Source: Cyanophora paradoxa CCMP329
Taxonomy: Eukaryota > Plantae > Glaucophyta
Reading direction: 5' to 3'
Assembly (NCBI GenBank): GCA_004431415.1
Contig: QPMI01000095.1
Span: 1-64,000 of the forward strand
DNA length: 64,000 nt
Part shown: positions 47,923 through 58,854 of the stretch, in pieces
How positions within the stretch are numbered: the stretch's first letter is position 1
How the letters are laid out: every line of letters begins with the position of its first letter
Notes under the pieces: model-generated
Told to the model about the DNA's origin: nothing
Databases searched by the model: none
The model's input: only the letters and a program-made list of their open reading frames with translations
Position numbers and translations under genes: made by a program

Positions 47923-50900
47923 ATGCCTCGACCAAGTAATCGGATTTCGAAGAATTTGCAGGATGAGATTCTTGGTTACTACATGCAAGCAAAAGTAGAA
48001 GACAAATTGACCCGAGAGCAGGATATCTATTTCTTGAGAGAATTTACTTTCAAAGCAATTAGAATTCCAAAGTTGATTGATATCAGAGATACACTGAGAG
48101 GTATCGTAGAGCCTCGTTTGTATCGCAAGCAGGAGAAGAAGGAAGCCAGAGCGGAGAGGGCTGCAAAGAATGTTGCAAAACGGCAAGCAAAGACCAAAGA
48201 AGTGCAGAAATACAAAAGAAATCAGCAGAAGAAGGCCAAGAAGCAAGAGAGGGTTCAAAAATGGAAGTCAAAGCAGGAAGCCAACCAGGTTCAGGTAATG
48301 AATGCCATGAATCACCTAGTCGAAGAGATTACATGGAAAAACGCTAAGAAAAACCTAATTAACACAATCCATCGGTTTATCACTGAGAAGATAGGATGGG
48401 ATGATCTCCACAGAAGACTTCAAGAGGCTTTGGACAGACACAATGGAATTAAGTTCCAGTTCAAAGTGAAGGCCAATTACAAATACAAGGAGAAGCAAAA
48501 TGGAAGGTGGACAGGAGAGTACCAATACGCAACCAGATATCCAAGCTCAATGCAGTTTTACCTAGTTCTTCCAGCAAATGACCTAACGGATATCGTAAGG
48601 CAAGCTGTGGATGATCTGCATGAAATCATGACAGCCATTGAGTATGCAGAGGTTCACAATATTCTCGAAGTAACCCTACAAATTCTATCTTACACACCTC
48701 TGACAGGAAGTTCTTACATTCCTCTTCCAGAAGAGATTGAAAAGAGAAAGGCTGTTATCAATCCTAAGAATGAAGACCAAGAATGTTTCCGACATGCTGT
48801 TAAGATTGGCTTGCATCACAATGATGTCATTCGAAACCACAGATCTGAATTGAAACGATACAGTAAGTGGGACAAGGAATTTGATTGGAGTCGCTTTGAG
48901 TTCCCAGTCAAGAATGATTCTAGAGTTTACGATCTAGCTTCAAAGATGATTGGTAGACCTATCAATGTCTACTTCCTTGATAACAAGAAACGAGTCTTCC
49001 CTATCCATGTGAACAAGAACCCAGCAGAGCAGCACAAGACCATTGACCTTTTGATGTGGAGTGATGGGGAGAACACCCATTATGGCTTCATTTCAAGTCT
49101 ATCGAGACTCATTCCAAGCTCACACAAGGAAACGAAGTATTTCTGTAAATGCTGCTTGAAGGGATTTACAGGTCGAAGGATCCTCGATAATCACATTAGA
49201 CTAAGCAGATGCTATGAACGACCAACAGCAACTATTGATGTGATGCCTGAAGCAGGAAGCTGTATTATGTGGGATCCACAGAGAAATGCAGACAAAACAG
49301 TTTGGCATCCGATGTTTGCAGTTGCTGATTTCGAGTGTCTCCTGAAATCTGTTGAAAGTGTTGTGACTCGTGTTGATGAGAAAGGTGTTAAATACGATTC
49401 AAATAATAACGAGATCAACACCGAAATTTACCAAAAGCACATCCCTTGCGCTTACAAAATCATGATCATGCATAAGGACAAGATCCTAAGAGAAGTCCTC
49501 TACCAGAAACAAGATCCAAACAACGATGATGAGGTAATCAATCATTTCATGACAACTCTCAAAAATATGGAGGCTGAGTTGCTTGAAAAGGTGAGAGAGG
49601 TCGAGCCAATAAAGATGGATCGATATGACAAAATGAATTTTAAAGAAGCCACATGCTGCTACATTTGCGAGGATCAATTCGTTAAATATGGAGAAGAGGG
49701 TAAGGTTTTCATTACAAAGAAAGTCAGGGATCATGATCATACCACAGGTAAATATCTTGGGGCTGCCTGTGATAAATGCAACCTGAGAAGAAGGGTTAAC
49801 CCTAAAATTCCTGTTATATTCCACAATCTGAAAGGGTATGATGGACACTACATTCTAAAAGCTCTCGGTGAGCATGCAGACCCAGGAAAAGAGATCCGCT
49901 GTATCGCTGAGAATTTCGAGAAGTTCAAGTGTTTCGACTTTAACAGCTACAAATTCGTTGATTCCCTGAATTTCATGCAAGAAAGTCTTGACAAACTTGC
50001 TAGTAATCTCGGTCACAGAGACAACTATAAATACACCAATGAATGGTGTGACCAGCATACAATTACGGAGACCCAAAGAGAACTCCTGATGAGGAAGGGA
50101 TTCTTCCCTTATGATTACTTGGATTGCCTTGATAGACTCAGCGAAACTAAACTTCCCAGCAAAGAGGCTTTCTTCTCAAAGCTTAATGATCGTGAAATTA
50201 GCGACAGTGACTACAAGCATTGTCAGAAGGTGTGGGATGCATTTGATTGCAAGACACTTGGAGATTACATGAAGATCTACCTTGAAACTGATGTGTTCCT
50301 TCTCGCTGATGTGTTTGGTCACAATTTCCGACAGAGATGCTATAAAGATTATGGACTTGATCCTATCCATTTCATTTCAGCTCCACACCTCAGTTGGAAT
50401 GCTATGTTGAAACTTACGAAGGTTGTTCTCGAAAACATTGATGATGATGAAATGTATCGTATGTTCGAGCTTGGAATTCGTGGTGGAATATCGATGATAG
50501 CTACGCGGAATGCTCAGGCTAACAATCCATACATGAAGAACTTTGATCCAACAAAGCCAATAAAATACATCATCACATGGGATGCCAACAATTTGTATGG
50601 ATTTGCTATGTGTCAAAAGTTACCTATTGGTGATTTTGAATGGATCGATAACGTTGAAGACTTTGATTACATGAAATTTGATGCTGATGGTGAAACTGGG
50701 GCATTATTGGAGGTTGATTTGGAGTATCCAGATCATTTGCATGATGAGCATAGCGATTACCCACTAGCACCTGAATCTATGGTAGTAACTGAGGACATGT
50801 TATCACCTTCCCAACTTGAAATGCTTGGTGAAGAAAAGCTTCCTGGAAACCGAAAGTTGGTACCCAATCTGAACAACAAACACAACTACGTTCTTCACAT

Positions 50901-51921
50901 CAAGAATCTGCAATACTATGTATCAAAGGGTATGATTGTGAAGAAGATCCATCGAGGGATTGAATTCAAACAATCGGCTTGGTTGAAACCTTACATTGAT
51001 TTCAATACTGAGAAAAGGAAGCAGGCACAAAATGATTTCGATAAGGATTTCTACAAGCTCATGAATAATTCGGTGTATGGAAAAACCATGGAGAATGTCC
51101 GGAATCGTAGCAACATCAAACTCTGCCACAACCCAGAGAAGCAGGCGAAACTGAATGCAAACCCTCTACTGAAAAAGGTTAAGATCATCACCGAGAACCT
51201 GACAGCAGTTGAAATGTATCGTGGAACTATTCTTCTCGATAAACCAATCTATGTTGGTCAGGCGATCCTTGATTTATCAAAACTTGTCATGTATCAGTTC
51301 CACTACGATTACATTCGCAAGAAGTATGGATCGAAAGCCAAACTCCTCATGACTGACACAGATTCGCTGTATTACATTATTGAGACCGAGGATCTATACA
51401 AGGATATGAACTCTGACTCTCATTTGTTCGATCAATCGGAATACAGTCCTTCTCACATTTGCTACAATCCTCAAAATAAAAAGGTTCCTGGTTTATTCAA
51501 GGATGATGCCGGTGATTTGGTTGTAACTGACTTTGCAGGATACAAACCAAAGGCCTACTCTTATTTGAAGGATTTGAATGTCAAGGCTCTTGGTTCGGAA
51601 GAAGATGTGAAAAAGGTGATTGCTAAAAGGTTGAAGGATAGTGGGAAAAGTTCAGAAGAAGATGTAAAGAAAGATACTGTAAAGAGGTTGAAGGGAATCC
51701 AGAGATGTGTAGTTAAAAACAAATTAGAGTATAAGCATTTCTATGATACTGTCATGGGGCAAGAGCAGGATCCTGTTACAGTTAGAGGAATTCGTTCAAA
51801 GAACCACGAGGTATCAACACTTGAAATGAAAAAGAGGGCATTCAATGCGCTTGATACCAAGAGGTATCTTTGCGAGGATAAGGTGAATACTCTTGCAATT
51901 GGGCATTACAGAACTCGCTAA
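47923..51921 (+). CDS. Protein-primed family B DNA polymerase (pPolB), intact
   Basis: ExoI ADFEC, ExoII FHNLKGYD, ExoIII YLETDV; DANNLYG, KLMNNSVYGK and DTDS; EndoVII-like insert. Confidence 0.97.
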   Translation: MPRPSNRISKNLQDEILGYYMQAKVEDKLTREQDIYFLREFTFKAIRIPKLIDIRDTLRGIVEPRLYRKQEKKEARAERAAKNVAKRQAKTKEVQKYKRNQQKKAKKQERVQKWKSKQEANQVQVMNAMNHLVEEITWKNAKKNLINTIHRFITEKIGWDDLHRRLQEALDRHNGIKFQFKVKANYKYKEKQNGRWTGEYQYATRYPSSMQFYLVLPANDLTDIVRQAVDDLHEIMTAIEYAEVHNILEVTLQILSYTPLTGSSYIPLPEEIEKRKAVINPKNEDQECFRHAVKIGLHHNDVIRNHRSELKRYSKWDKEFDWSRFEFPVKNDSRVYDLASKMIGRPINVYFLDNKKRVFPIHVNKNPAEQHKTIDLLMWSDGENTHYGFISSLSRLIPSSHKETKYFCKCCLKGFTGRRILDNHIRLSRCYERPTATIDVMPEAGSCIMWDPQRNADKTVWHPMFAVADFECLLKSVESVVTRVDEKGVKYDSNNNEINTEIYQKHIPCAYKIMIMHKDKILREVLYQKQDPNNDDEVINHFMTTLKNMEAELLEKVREVEPIKMDRYDKMNFKEATCCYICEDQFVKYGEEGKVFITKKVRDHDHTTGKYLGAACDKCNLRRRVNPKIPVIFHNLKGYDGHYILKALGEHADPGKEIRCIAENFEKFKCFDFNSYKFVDSLNFMQESLDKLASNLGHRDNYKYTNEWCDQHTITETQRELLMRKGFFPYDYLDCLDRLSETKLPSKEAFFSKLNDREISDSDYKHCQKVWDAFDCKTLGDYMKIYLETDVFLLADVFGHNFRQRCYKDYGLDPIHFISAPHLSWNAMLKLTKVVLENIDDDEMYRMFELGIRGGISMIATRNAQANNPYMKNFDPTKPIKYIITWDANNLYGFAMCQKLPIGDFEWIDNVEDFDYMKFDADGETGALLEVDLEYPDHLHDEHSDYPLAPESMVVTEDMLSPSQLEMLGEEKLPGNRKLVPNLNNKHNYVLHIKNLQYYVSKGMIVKKIHRGIEFKQSAWLKPYIDFNTEKRKQAQNDFDKDFYKLMNNSVYGKTMENVRNRSNIKLCHNPEKQAKLNANPLLKKVKIITENLTAVEMYRGTILLDKPIYVGQAILDLSKLVMYQFHYDYIRKKYGSKAKLLMTDTDSLYYIIETEDLYKDMNSDSHLFDQSEYSPSHICYNPQNKKVPGLFKDDAGDLVVTDFAGYKPKAYSYLKDLNVKALGSEEDVKKVIAKRLKDSGKSSEEDVKKDTVKRLKGIQRCVVKNKLEYKHFYDTVMGQEQDPVTVRGIRSKNHEVSTLEMKKRAFNALDTKRYLCEDKVNTLAIGHYRTR

Positions 51922-51953
51922 GGTTAGGTTAAAGAAATTGATTGCTTATTGTA

Positions 51954-53036
51954 ATGGAGCAGGTATTGAGCTATACAAAATATAGACAAAAGCTAATCAA
52001 TGAGGGTGTAAAGTTTGATGAGGATGAATTGAAAAAGAGATTTAAAAACAGTGAATTGAATCAGATTTTCAAGAAGCCTACCAAGCCGAAATCGTTTCTT
52101 AGAATCGTAGCCCCACCCAATTCTTTTCAGGTTGATATTATATATTTCAAGGATTATAAGACAGCAAACTATGGTGTGGATCGCATGCTAGTATTCGTAG
52201 ATATTTTGAGTAGGAAGGGTTTTATATTTCCTTTCAAAATGGTCACTGGGAAGGAGAAGAACGATGAGAAGAAGATTGAGATTCTAAACAAATTTAAAAG
52301 CCAAGCTGGAACAGTCCAAGCTCTTTCCGGAGATAAGGAGTTTTCAGGGAATATTTACAAGAAATGGTGTGAGGATAATGGTGTGGTTTTATACACAGAC
52401 ATTGCCAAAGATGACCACATTACAGTTGGGGATAAACTCGGAATAGTTGATAGGTTCACAAGAACAATCAAGCAGTATTTAAGGAAGGCTATAAAGTCAA
52501 CTGGGAACTCGAAGTGGACTGAATTTTATGAAGATGTGCTGGCGACTTACAATAACAGTCCACACAGTTCACTGAAGAATGATTCTCCAAATGCTGTGTA
52601 TGGAAATAAAGAAAAGGAAACGTATGTTTACTTTCGTGATTCACTGCATAATAAGCATGTGAGAGAGGGATTACCAAAAGTGCAAGAAGGAGATTATGTG
52701 AGGGCTGTGAATCCAAAGGGAGTTTTCGAGAAAGAGGGTGCAAGGTTCAGTGAGAAAGTGTTTAAGGTGGCTGGTAAAGTTCAGAATAAATACAAACTTT
52801 TGGAGGATAATGAAGGTGAAACAGTTCGTGAAGTTCGAAGAAAATTCAAAATAAATGAGTTGCAAAAAGTAGATAAAGAGGCTGTCGTAAAGATACCAAC
52901 CCAAAAGAGAGTTGAGAGGGTAAAGAAAACCACAAATGTGAATCGAGTGGTTTCCCAAAAAGAAGGAATAAAACCAAATCGTAAGAAAGTAGTTAGAAAG
53001 AGATATAATTTGAGAAGTGGATTAACTAAACGTTAA
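51954..53036 (+). CDS. rve integrase
   Basis: FQVDII, FVDILSRKG, SGDKEF, GIVDRFTRTIK, YNNSPHSSL. Confidence 0.9.
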   Translation: MEQVLSYTKYRQKLINEGVKFDEDELKKRFKNSELNQIFKKPTKPKSFLRIVAPPNSFQVDIIYFKDYKTANYGVDRMLVFVDILSRKGFIFPFKMVTGKEKNDEKKIEILNKFKSQAGTVQALSGDKEFSGNIYKKWCEDNGVVLYTDIAKDDHITVGDKLGIVDRFTRTIKQYLRKAIKSTGNSKWTEFYEDVLATYNNSPHSSLKNDSPNAVYGNKEKETYVYFRDSLHNKHVREGLPKVQEGDYVRAVNPKGVFEKEGARFSEKVFKVAGKVQNKYKLLEDNEGETVREVRRKFKINELQKVDKEAVVKIPTQKRVERVKKTTNVNRVVSQKEGIKPNRKKVVRKRYNLRSGLTKR

Positions 53037-53395
53037 GCTCTAATATCAGATCCATCATCTGATTCAATAAATCTTGTAACTGGTTTGAATCTTTGAAATA
53101 CATCTTTGTGGTGAATTCCTTTTACATACCACCCTTTGTTTACAGGATCCCATCTGAGTCCCATACACTTTGCATCGAAATTATCTTTAAATTGAACTTT
53201 GCAGTAGATCTTTTCATTTCTGTATTTAATTTCTTTTTCATTGATCGTTTGGAATTCTTTCAGTAAATCACTATTTGCATCTTCTGTATACCAAAGTTTC
53301 ATTTCATAATCCCATTTTGCTCCTTTCTCTTTTGCGATTTTTCGATCATTGTAATCACAATCAAAGTAAAACTTCTTAATTGTATTTGTCTCCAT
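53033..53395 (-). CDS. Protein with two DUF5710-like repeats
   Basis: DCDYNDRKIAKEKGAKWDYEMKLWY and KVQFKDNFDAKCMGLRWDPVNKGWY. Confidence 0.75.
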   Translation of the reverse strand: METNTIKKFYFDCDYNDRKIAKEKGAKWDYEMKLWYTEDANSDLLKEFQTINEKEIKYRNEKIYCKVQFKDNFDAKCMGLRWDPVNKGWYVKGIHHKDVFQRFKPVTRFIESDDGSDIRA

Positions 53396-56083
53396 TTTAT
53401 TCAGATTATCATATTATTTTTATATGAAACAATCAATGAGGATATAACAATCAGATATAACTTCGATTAAATATAATTAATCGAGATTATGATATAACTT
53501 CGATAAATAAGATTTAAGATATAACTTCGATTAATTAATTTAAGATATAACTTCGATTAATTGTGATTGAGAGACTGAGAATTTGTTGAATTCTGATTGG
53601 TAAAGACTGAGAATCGAGAGGATTTTGATTGGGATTGTTTGATATATTGGGAATTAATCGATGTGGTGACAGTAGCCCCACTTTACCATTTTTTCAGTAT
53701 GCTCCGTACGGCACAAGCGACAGCTGTGCCAACTGTGCGCCTTTTTTTCGCTGCACATCCTCCTTTGGCTCAATCGAATTTGTTACCGCTGGCTCAACCC
53801 CTTTGCAGGCTCGCGTGGCAGCTTCCCTAACGGCGACGGGTCGGGTTGCGCAAACTGCTCGGTACGCAATTAAAACGCAGCCTTTTGCGATTTGTCTGGT
53901 GACTAAACGGCCTTCAGGCCGGCTGGTACCAACCCCGCGAGAACGAGCCGTGCGAGCTGTGCCCGGCAGGAACCTGGAGCCGCGTCGGCCAGTTCGGCAG
54001 CTGCTCCGCCTGCCCCGCGAGCGAGCTGGCAAACGACAACGGAGACGGCTGCAAGCCGTGTCCGCCGGGGCTCGAGGTCACGATCAGCGCGAATGGGACT
54101 CGCATCTGCGCCCTTTGCATCCAGGACTACGTTTCCCCAACTGGCCTGGGATGCAGCCGGTGCCCTGACGGGTACATCAGCCCTTCGGACCGCTTGCAAT
54201 GCGTTCCGGTGCGCGCGCTGCAGCCGTGTTCGAAAATGCTCTTTGTTGTTGAGCTCACACTGGCTGCGAAAAGTGTCCACCGGGGACGTTTGAGGATGAG
54301 AATGAGCCGGGCTCCTGCACACGCTGCCCGGTGAACACGATCGCGCCGCTCGAGGCCTCAACGAACTGCACCGCCTGCCCGCTCGGCTCGTACTCGTCCC
54401 CGGACCTCAACATGTGCTTCGACTGCGGTGCGCCTGAGCATTGATATTGCACTTTTCCATAGATCTCGCATCGAGCTGGCAGCTGATCATTTTGTTCAGC
54501 TCCGGGCACGTTTCGACCGCCGAACTCGACTATTTGCCTTCCTGTCGGGGCACGGAGCGTCGCGCTGGTCGGCTCGTCTTCATTCTCCATTTGTGGAAAT
54601 GGCTCGGTTCCAAACGTCGAGAGGAGCGAGTGCCTCCAGTGTCCCAAAGGTGCGATGCGGGCTGGAATTGTTGGGATAGTGTGTCCTCTGCGGTGCACTG
54701 AATGCGGTCGCATGCCTTTTCTTCGCAGGGACATCGCGCCTCGATGACGATTGCCTGACGTGCGCAGTGGATTTGCGCTTTCTCTATTCAGCCCGTCTCG
54801 TGTGCTCATTACCACCGCCCCGCCAGCTGCCCGCAAAATGCTGCGGCGCCGTCGGAAGGCACCCCGGTCTGCGAGGTGTGCGGGCCGGGCTACGTCTCCG
54901 CGAGCGACTTCCAGTCCTGCATCCCCTGTCCGGCCGGTGCGTTCGCCTGCAGCTCAAGCTAGCGACTTGTCTCTTAGAATTTGCGCGTGCGGGCGCGCGG
55001 CGACTGACGGCCCTCCAGGGACGTTCCGGGCAGCTGGCATGTCCGCATGCGAATCCGTCCCCGAGAACGGCGTCGCGGGCCTGGGCTCCGCGTCTTTCGC
55101 GCTCTGCGAGGACGGCTACGTCAGCAACCAGGCGCGAGACACGTGCTTGCCGTGCAGCAAAGGCTTCTACAAGTTCAACAGCACATGCCAGCGGTGCGCT
55201 CAAATACTTTTCATCTCATAACTGGAAATAGGTGGTGACGTGCCAGCTGACTTTCAATGCCATCGCTCAGCTGCCCTGAAAACTCGGTCGCTCCTTTTGA
55301 TGGTGCCTCGAACTGCACGCGCTGCCCTCCCGGGCAAGTGGCCTCAGCTGATCAGCAAACGTGCTACCTGTGCCCTGAAGGCGCGCAATAAACGTTAACG
55401 CGTCGTTCGTCATTTTTTGAATGCGCCATCTGACTTCGATGCCTGCCCAGGAACGTACCGCTCTGAGAACATGTCGCGATGCGAGCCGGTGCCGCACAGG
55501 ACCGTCTCCATCCCGGACCGCTCGTGGTTCCAGCCCTGCGAGCCGGGGTGGGTGGCCAACAACATCGCCACCCTGTGCCTGCCGTGCCCGAAGGGATCGT
55601 TCGAGGAGGACGGGGCCTGCCGCACGTGCGCGACGAACGCAATCGCCCCGGCCGAGAGCATGACGTCGTGCGAGACGGTACGCAAGCTTTGTTATTTGAA
55701 TTACGACTGTTCAAAGTTGATCCAAGCGAATGAAATGCTTCGTCAGTGTCCTCCTGGATATGTTGTACACCCATGGACCCCGCTTACGGCCACTTCGCTT
55801 CGCTCCGGGCCGCGGTTCCATGGGTATTTAGCGTCTTCCCCTCACTAGATCGATCTGATTTTGCCGTGCGTGTACCCAAATCGTTTTACACGTTTCCCTC
55901 TGCTATTACGTGCCGGAGGGCGTGTGCGTGGGTACCTTAGGGGTTGAAAAATAAAATTCGATTTAGCTTCGAGGAGGTAGCTAACGGGAGAGCCTTTGAG
56001 GCTGATTGGGAATTCACTTTAGGGTATGAGCTTAGGCATTCTAGTGTCCACTGAGAGGCCGCACTAGAAATTCCCGGTTTAAT

Positions 56084-56647
56084 ATGAGGGGTGTGTATGA
56101 CATAAAGAGAACACAATCTCTTATATTATCGAAAGGAAGATACATGGACTCTGCAATTCAGGTGAAGACACCAAACACAGTGCACTCAGTGCTAATCTCG
56201 AAAGATGACGAGGAGAAATTCTCTGGTCTGAGGTTCTACATAGACTCGAATGGCTATCCAGTAGCATTCCACCCTGAAGAGAGATGGCATAAGAAATTTA
56301 GAGATCTGGTGAAGGGGAAAGCTCCTGCAGATCATAGCATCCTCTGTGTCAGCGGGGATAAACTGGATTGTCGCAGAGATAATCTAAAGTTCGTAACAAA
56401 ACAGCAGCACCGAATGCATCGAGACAAGAATTCGAATAACACCAGCGGATTCCTTGGAGTGAGTTACAACAGATCGAAAAGCAGATGGGTTGCTACCATT
56501 GGCAAAAATAGAAAAACAATCGATGTTGGATGCTTCTCCACAGCGGAGGAAGCAGCCAGAGCTCGAGATCAGTATCTACTTGAGCACACTGCAGAGGCAG
56601 ACTGGCCTTTTCTACGTCTTAATTTCCCAATTGAAAACAGGGCGTAA
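56084..56647 (+). CDS. HNH-AP2 domain protein (HNH appears degenerate)
   Basis: KLDCRRDNL..VT, then AP2 NNTSGFLGV..RWVATI..VGCFSTAEEAARARD..LNFP; likely start is the Met at 56143. Confidence 0.85.
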   Translation: MRGVYDIKRTQSLILSKGRYMDSAIQVKTPNTVHSVLISKDDEEKFSGLRFYIDSNGYPVAFHPEERWHKKFRDLVKGKAPADHSILCVSGDKLDCRRDNLKFVTKQQHRMHRDKNSNNTSGFLGVSYNRSKSRWVATIGKNRKTIDVGCFSTAEEAARARDQYLLEHTAEADWPFLRLNFPIENRA

Positions 56648-57020
56648 ATAAAAAGCTATCTATGTGTTTGAAACGGCTGGCTGTCCCTGTTTCTTTTTTT
56701 CAAAAGCAAACAAAATGATGTCGAGGCCACCTCAGCGAGCCTTCAAGCATCCTGATATAGATGGTACATTATTGACGGAGCGGCCCTCTGGTAGTGCACA
56801 CCGGGCGGTGCGGGATCTTCTACGTGCTGAAGAATTTCGTGTTCAGCTTCACGGTTGGCGCTGTTGCTGTCATGATCGCCACCAAAGGAAAGGTCAAGAT
56901 CCGCTGTGCAACAATGCGACTGTAGGCGAGCATGTGAATGGAAGTGACGCAGCAACTCAAACACTCCTGCAAGACATGAGGCCATTATCAGAGGTCTCGG
57001 CAAATAATTAGGGATATTCT

Positions 57021-57853
57021 CTACGGGGCAGTATCCTGTCCGAAAATGGGGAAGTACCTATTAGTGCCGTAGTACTCCGCATAGGTATTCTGCCTTGCGA
57101 TAGCATCGGTTCTTTCTGCATAGAGAATGCATTTATAAATACCGAATTTTGTAGCTCTCACCAAGAACTGGTAGTCTTCAAGGCCGAAATTTACACCATG
57201 ATAAGCGATCCCGAAATTATCATATGGAGTAATCACCACAGCAATGTTTGGGGTTCCACCCTCTACTTGACAAACAGCGTAGACGTCTGGAGGGATATCA
57301 ACAACCACCTTGTAGTGGTCACCAATTTCCACAAGAGAATCAACTACTGATGTCTGCTCATTAACAACGATTGGGAAGATCTTTATAATATATGGTGCAT
57401 TCATACTTGGCAAATAGGTTCGAATTCTCGTGTTAGGATCAATAGGGTTTGGTTGATCATTAACAAAGAGAGGAGCACCAACAGCTCCACCAACCCGCAA
57501 ACCATCACCAATATATGCTCCCCCGTCTTGCAGTTAATAGCTCCTGACCTAGACTCGAAAGAATAAGTCGAAAGAGGGGCGCCATAACTGTCTGGATCAC
57601 CATAATGGGCACTAAAATTCGCATTAGTTACAAGTAATTTCGTGGTCTTAACTATACCATTATTTTTATCGCACCTGAGTTCCTGCAATCTCAGTTTATG
57701 GGTGGAACCGAAGGTGTTCATCGTAGGTTGAACCTCTGTTGATTGCAGACCTTCTACATCATCGAAAGTAGCATGCTGCAGAACGTGGTTAGCTGGTGCA
57801 GCTAATGAAAGCTGTGCTGTAACAATACGCTCAATTGGAGGTGGTTCAGCCAT
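57021..57853 (-). pseudogene. Fibre/spike-like protein paralogue 1, one frameshift at ~57520
   Basis: Shared N-terminal domain ELRCDKNNGIVKTTKLLVTNANF and GAYIGDGLRVGG beta-repeat. Confidence 0.65.
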
Positions 57854-57877
57854 TTATATTAAACATATATATATATT

Positions 57878-58723
57878 TTAGGGAGTGGGGTCATCGATCA
57901 CATCTGGTTCCTGGTAAAACCCTGATACTGAAAGAGTATCAGGAGTAACACCTCTGAGAACTGAAACAGCTGCTATATCTGTTCTCAAACCGATAATTGT
58001 TATAGTATATTTGCCAATGTCTGTAACAAACAAATCGTAAGTGAAATTATTGTTATAAACACAGAAGCCTGTGCCGAAATGATCATATCCCTGCACACTG
58101 AAATAGTACCTGTGACCTGGCTGGTTGTTGTTGGCTCTACATAAAGAGAGCATGGCGTTTGGAATGGCGAGACCTCTCATTACTCTTTTGGTTCCTTCAA
58201 TTAGTTCAGAGGTTGCAAGTGTAACTGTATAACCTACGTAAAATTGAACAAATGGTTGCTGTGCAACAGGTGTATATAATCTAATACGCTGTGGATTCTC
58301 TACATTTTGATCGAGAGTATCAGGGACATCATTAAACGAAACAGATGAAGAGAGTTGACCGGATACACGGCAACCTCCACCAATAAAAGCACCGCCTGAA
58401 CGAATTGTAGCAGCAGCAGTGTTTTTATCGAAATCAAGAGCTTTCAGATTTACACTGTAAGCATCAGGGCCTCCATTGGTAGGTTGAAAGAAGTTGGCAT
58501 TAGTCACAAGAAGTCGAGTTGTTTTAACCACACCTGAGTTTTTGTCGGCTCGAAGTTCTTTAACTCGAATAATCGAATTCTTATCAAAGGAGTTACCATT
58601 GGAATTGGGTCTCTCTGTGGATTCTAATCCACGAACCTCATCATTTACTTCATGCTGGCGAAAGTGCATAGCAGGGGATCCAAGGGAATATATTGGAAGT
58701 TGAACTCGATTATATTCACCCAT
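57878..58723 (-). CDS. Fibre/spike-like protein paralogue 2
   Basis: ELRADKNSGVVKTTRLLVTNANF, SGGAFIGGGCRVSG. Confidence 0.7.
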   Translation of the reverse strand: MGEYNRVQLPIYSLGSPAMHFRQHEVNDEVRGLESTERPNSNGNSFDKNSIIRVKELRADKNSGVVKTTRLLVTNANFFQPTNGGPDAYSVNLKALDFDKNTAAATIRSGGAFIGGGCRVSGQLSSSVSFNDVPDTLDQNVENPQRIRLYTPVAQQPFVQFYVGYTVTLATSELIEGTKRVMRGLAIPNAMLSLCRANNNQPGHRYYFSVQGYDHFGTGFCVYNNNFTYDLFVTDIGKYTITIIGLRTDIAAVSVLRGVTPDTLSVSGFYQEPDVIDDPTP

Positions 58724-58854
58724 TGCTTCTTTTACTAAGAAGGAAAGAAAAATAAACGACTTTCAAGAAGGACATGCAAGATACATGCCTTTCTTATGCA
58801 TGATCTATGAAAAATAACAATTAACCCATCTCTCATTCTTCGAATTCGAGTTCT

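Larger units (their letters stand above)
40671..53694. mobile_element. Complete endogenous Polinton-like virus PLV-2 (13.0 kb; 11.8 kb without the Helitron)
   Basis: 241-bp TIRs (40671-42108 minus insert; 53454-53694) starting AAAAAATGGTAAAGTGGGG; 5-bp TSD CAGTA; encodes ATPase, MCP, penton, pPolB and integrase. Confidence 0.96.
27146..55765 (+). pseudogene. Large intron-rich host gene for a cysteine-rich (ephrin-receptor-like/GCC2-GCC3 repeat) surface protein, interrupted by multiple insertions
   Basis: Exons rejoin in frame over the insertions: LISLHT|QCPPGTVWNAD (30399/40151) and CPANQ|YAPYGTSDSCANC (40670/53700); repeats such as CPEGTYS..CLQCPAGTWS and CTRCPVNTIAP..CTACPLGSYS; 5' boundary uncertain. 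Confidence 0.75.

Noticed and set aside
53454-53560. Resemblance of ATAACTTCG to a loxP half-site
   Set aside because: Only 9 bp, in direct rather than 13-8-13 inverted arrangement, and no tyrosine recombinase in the element
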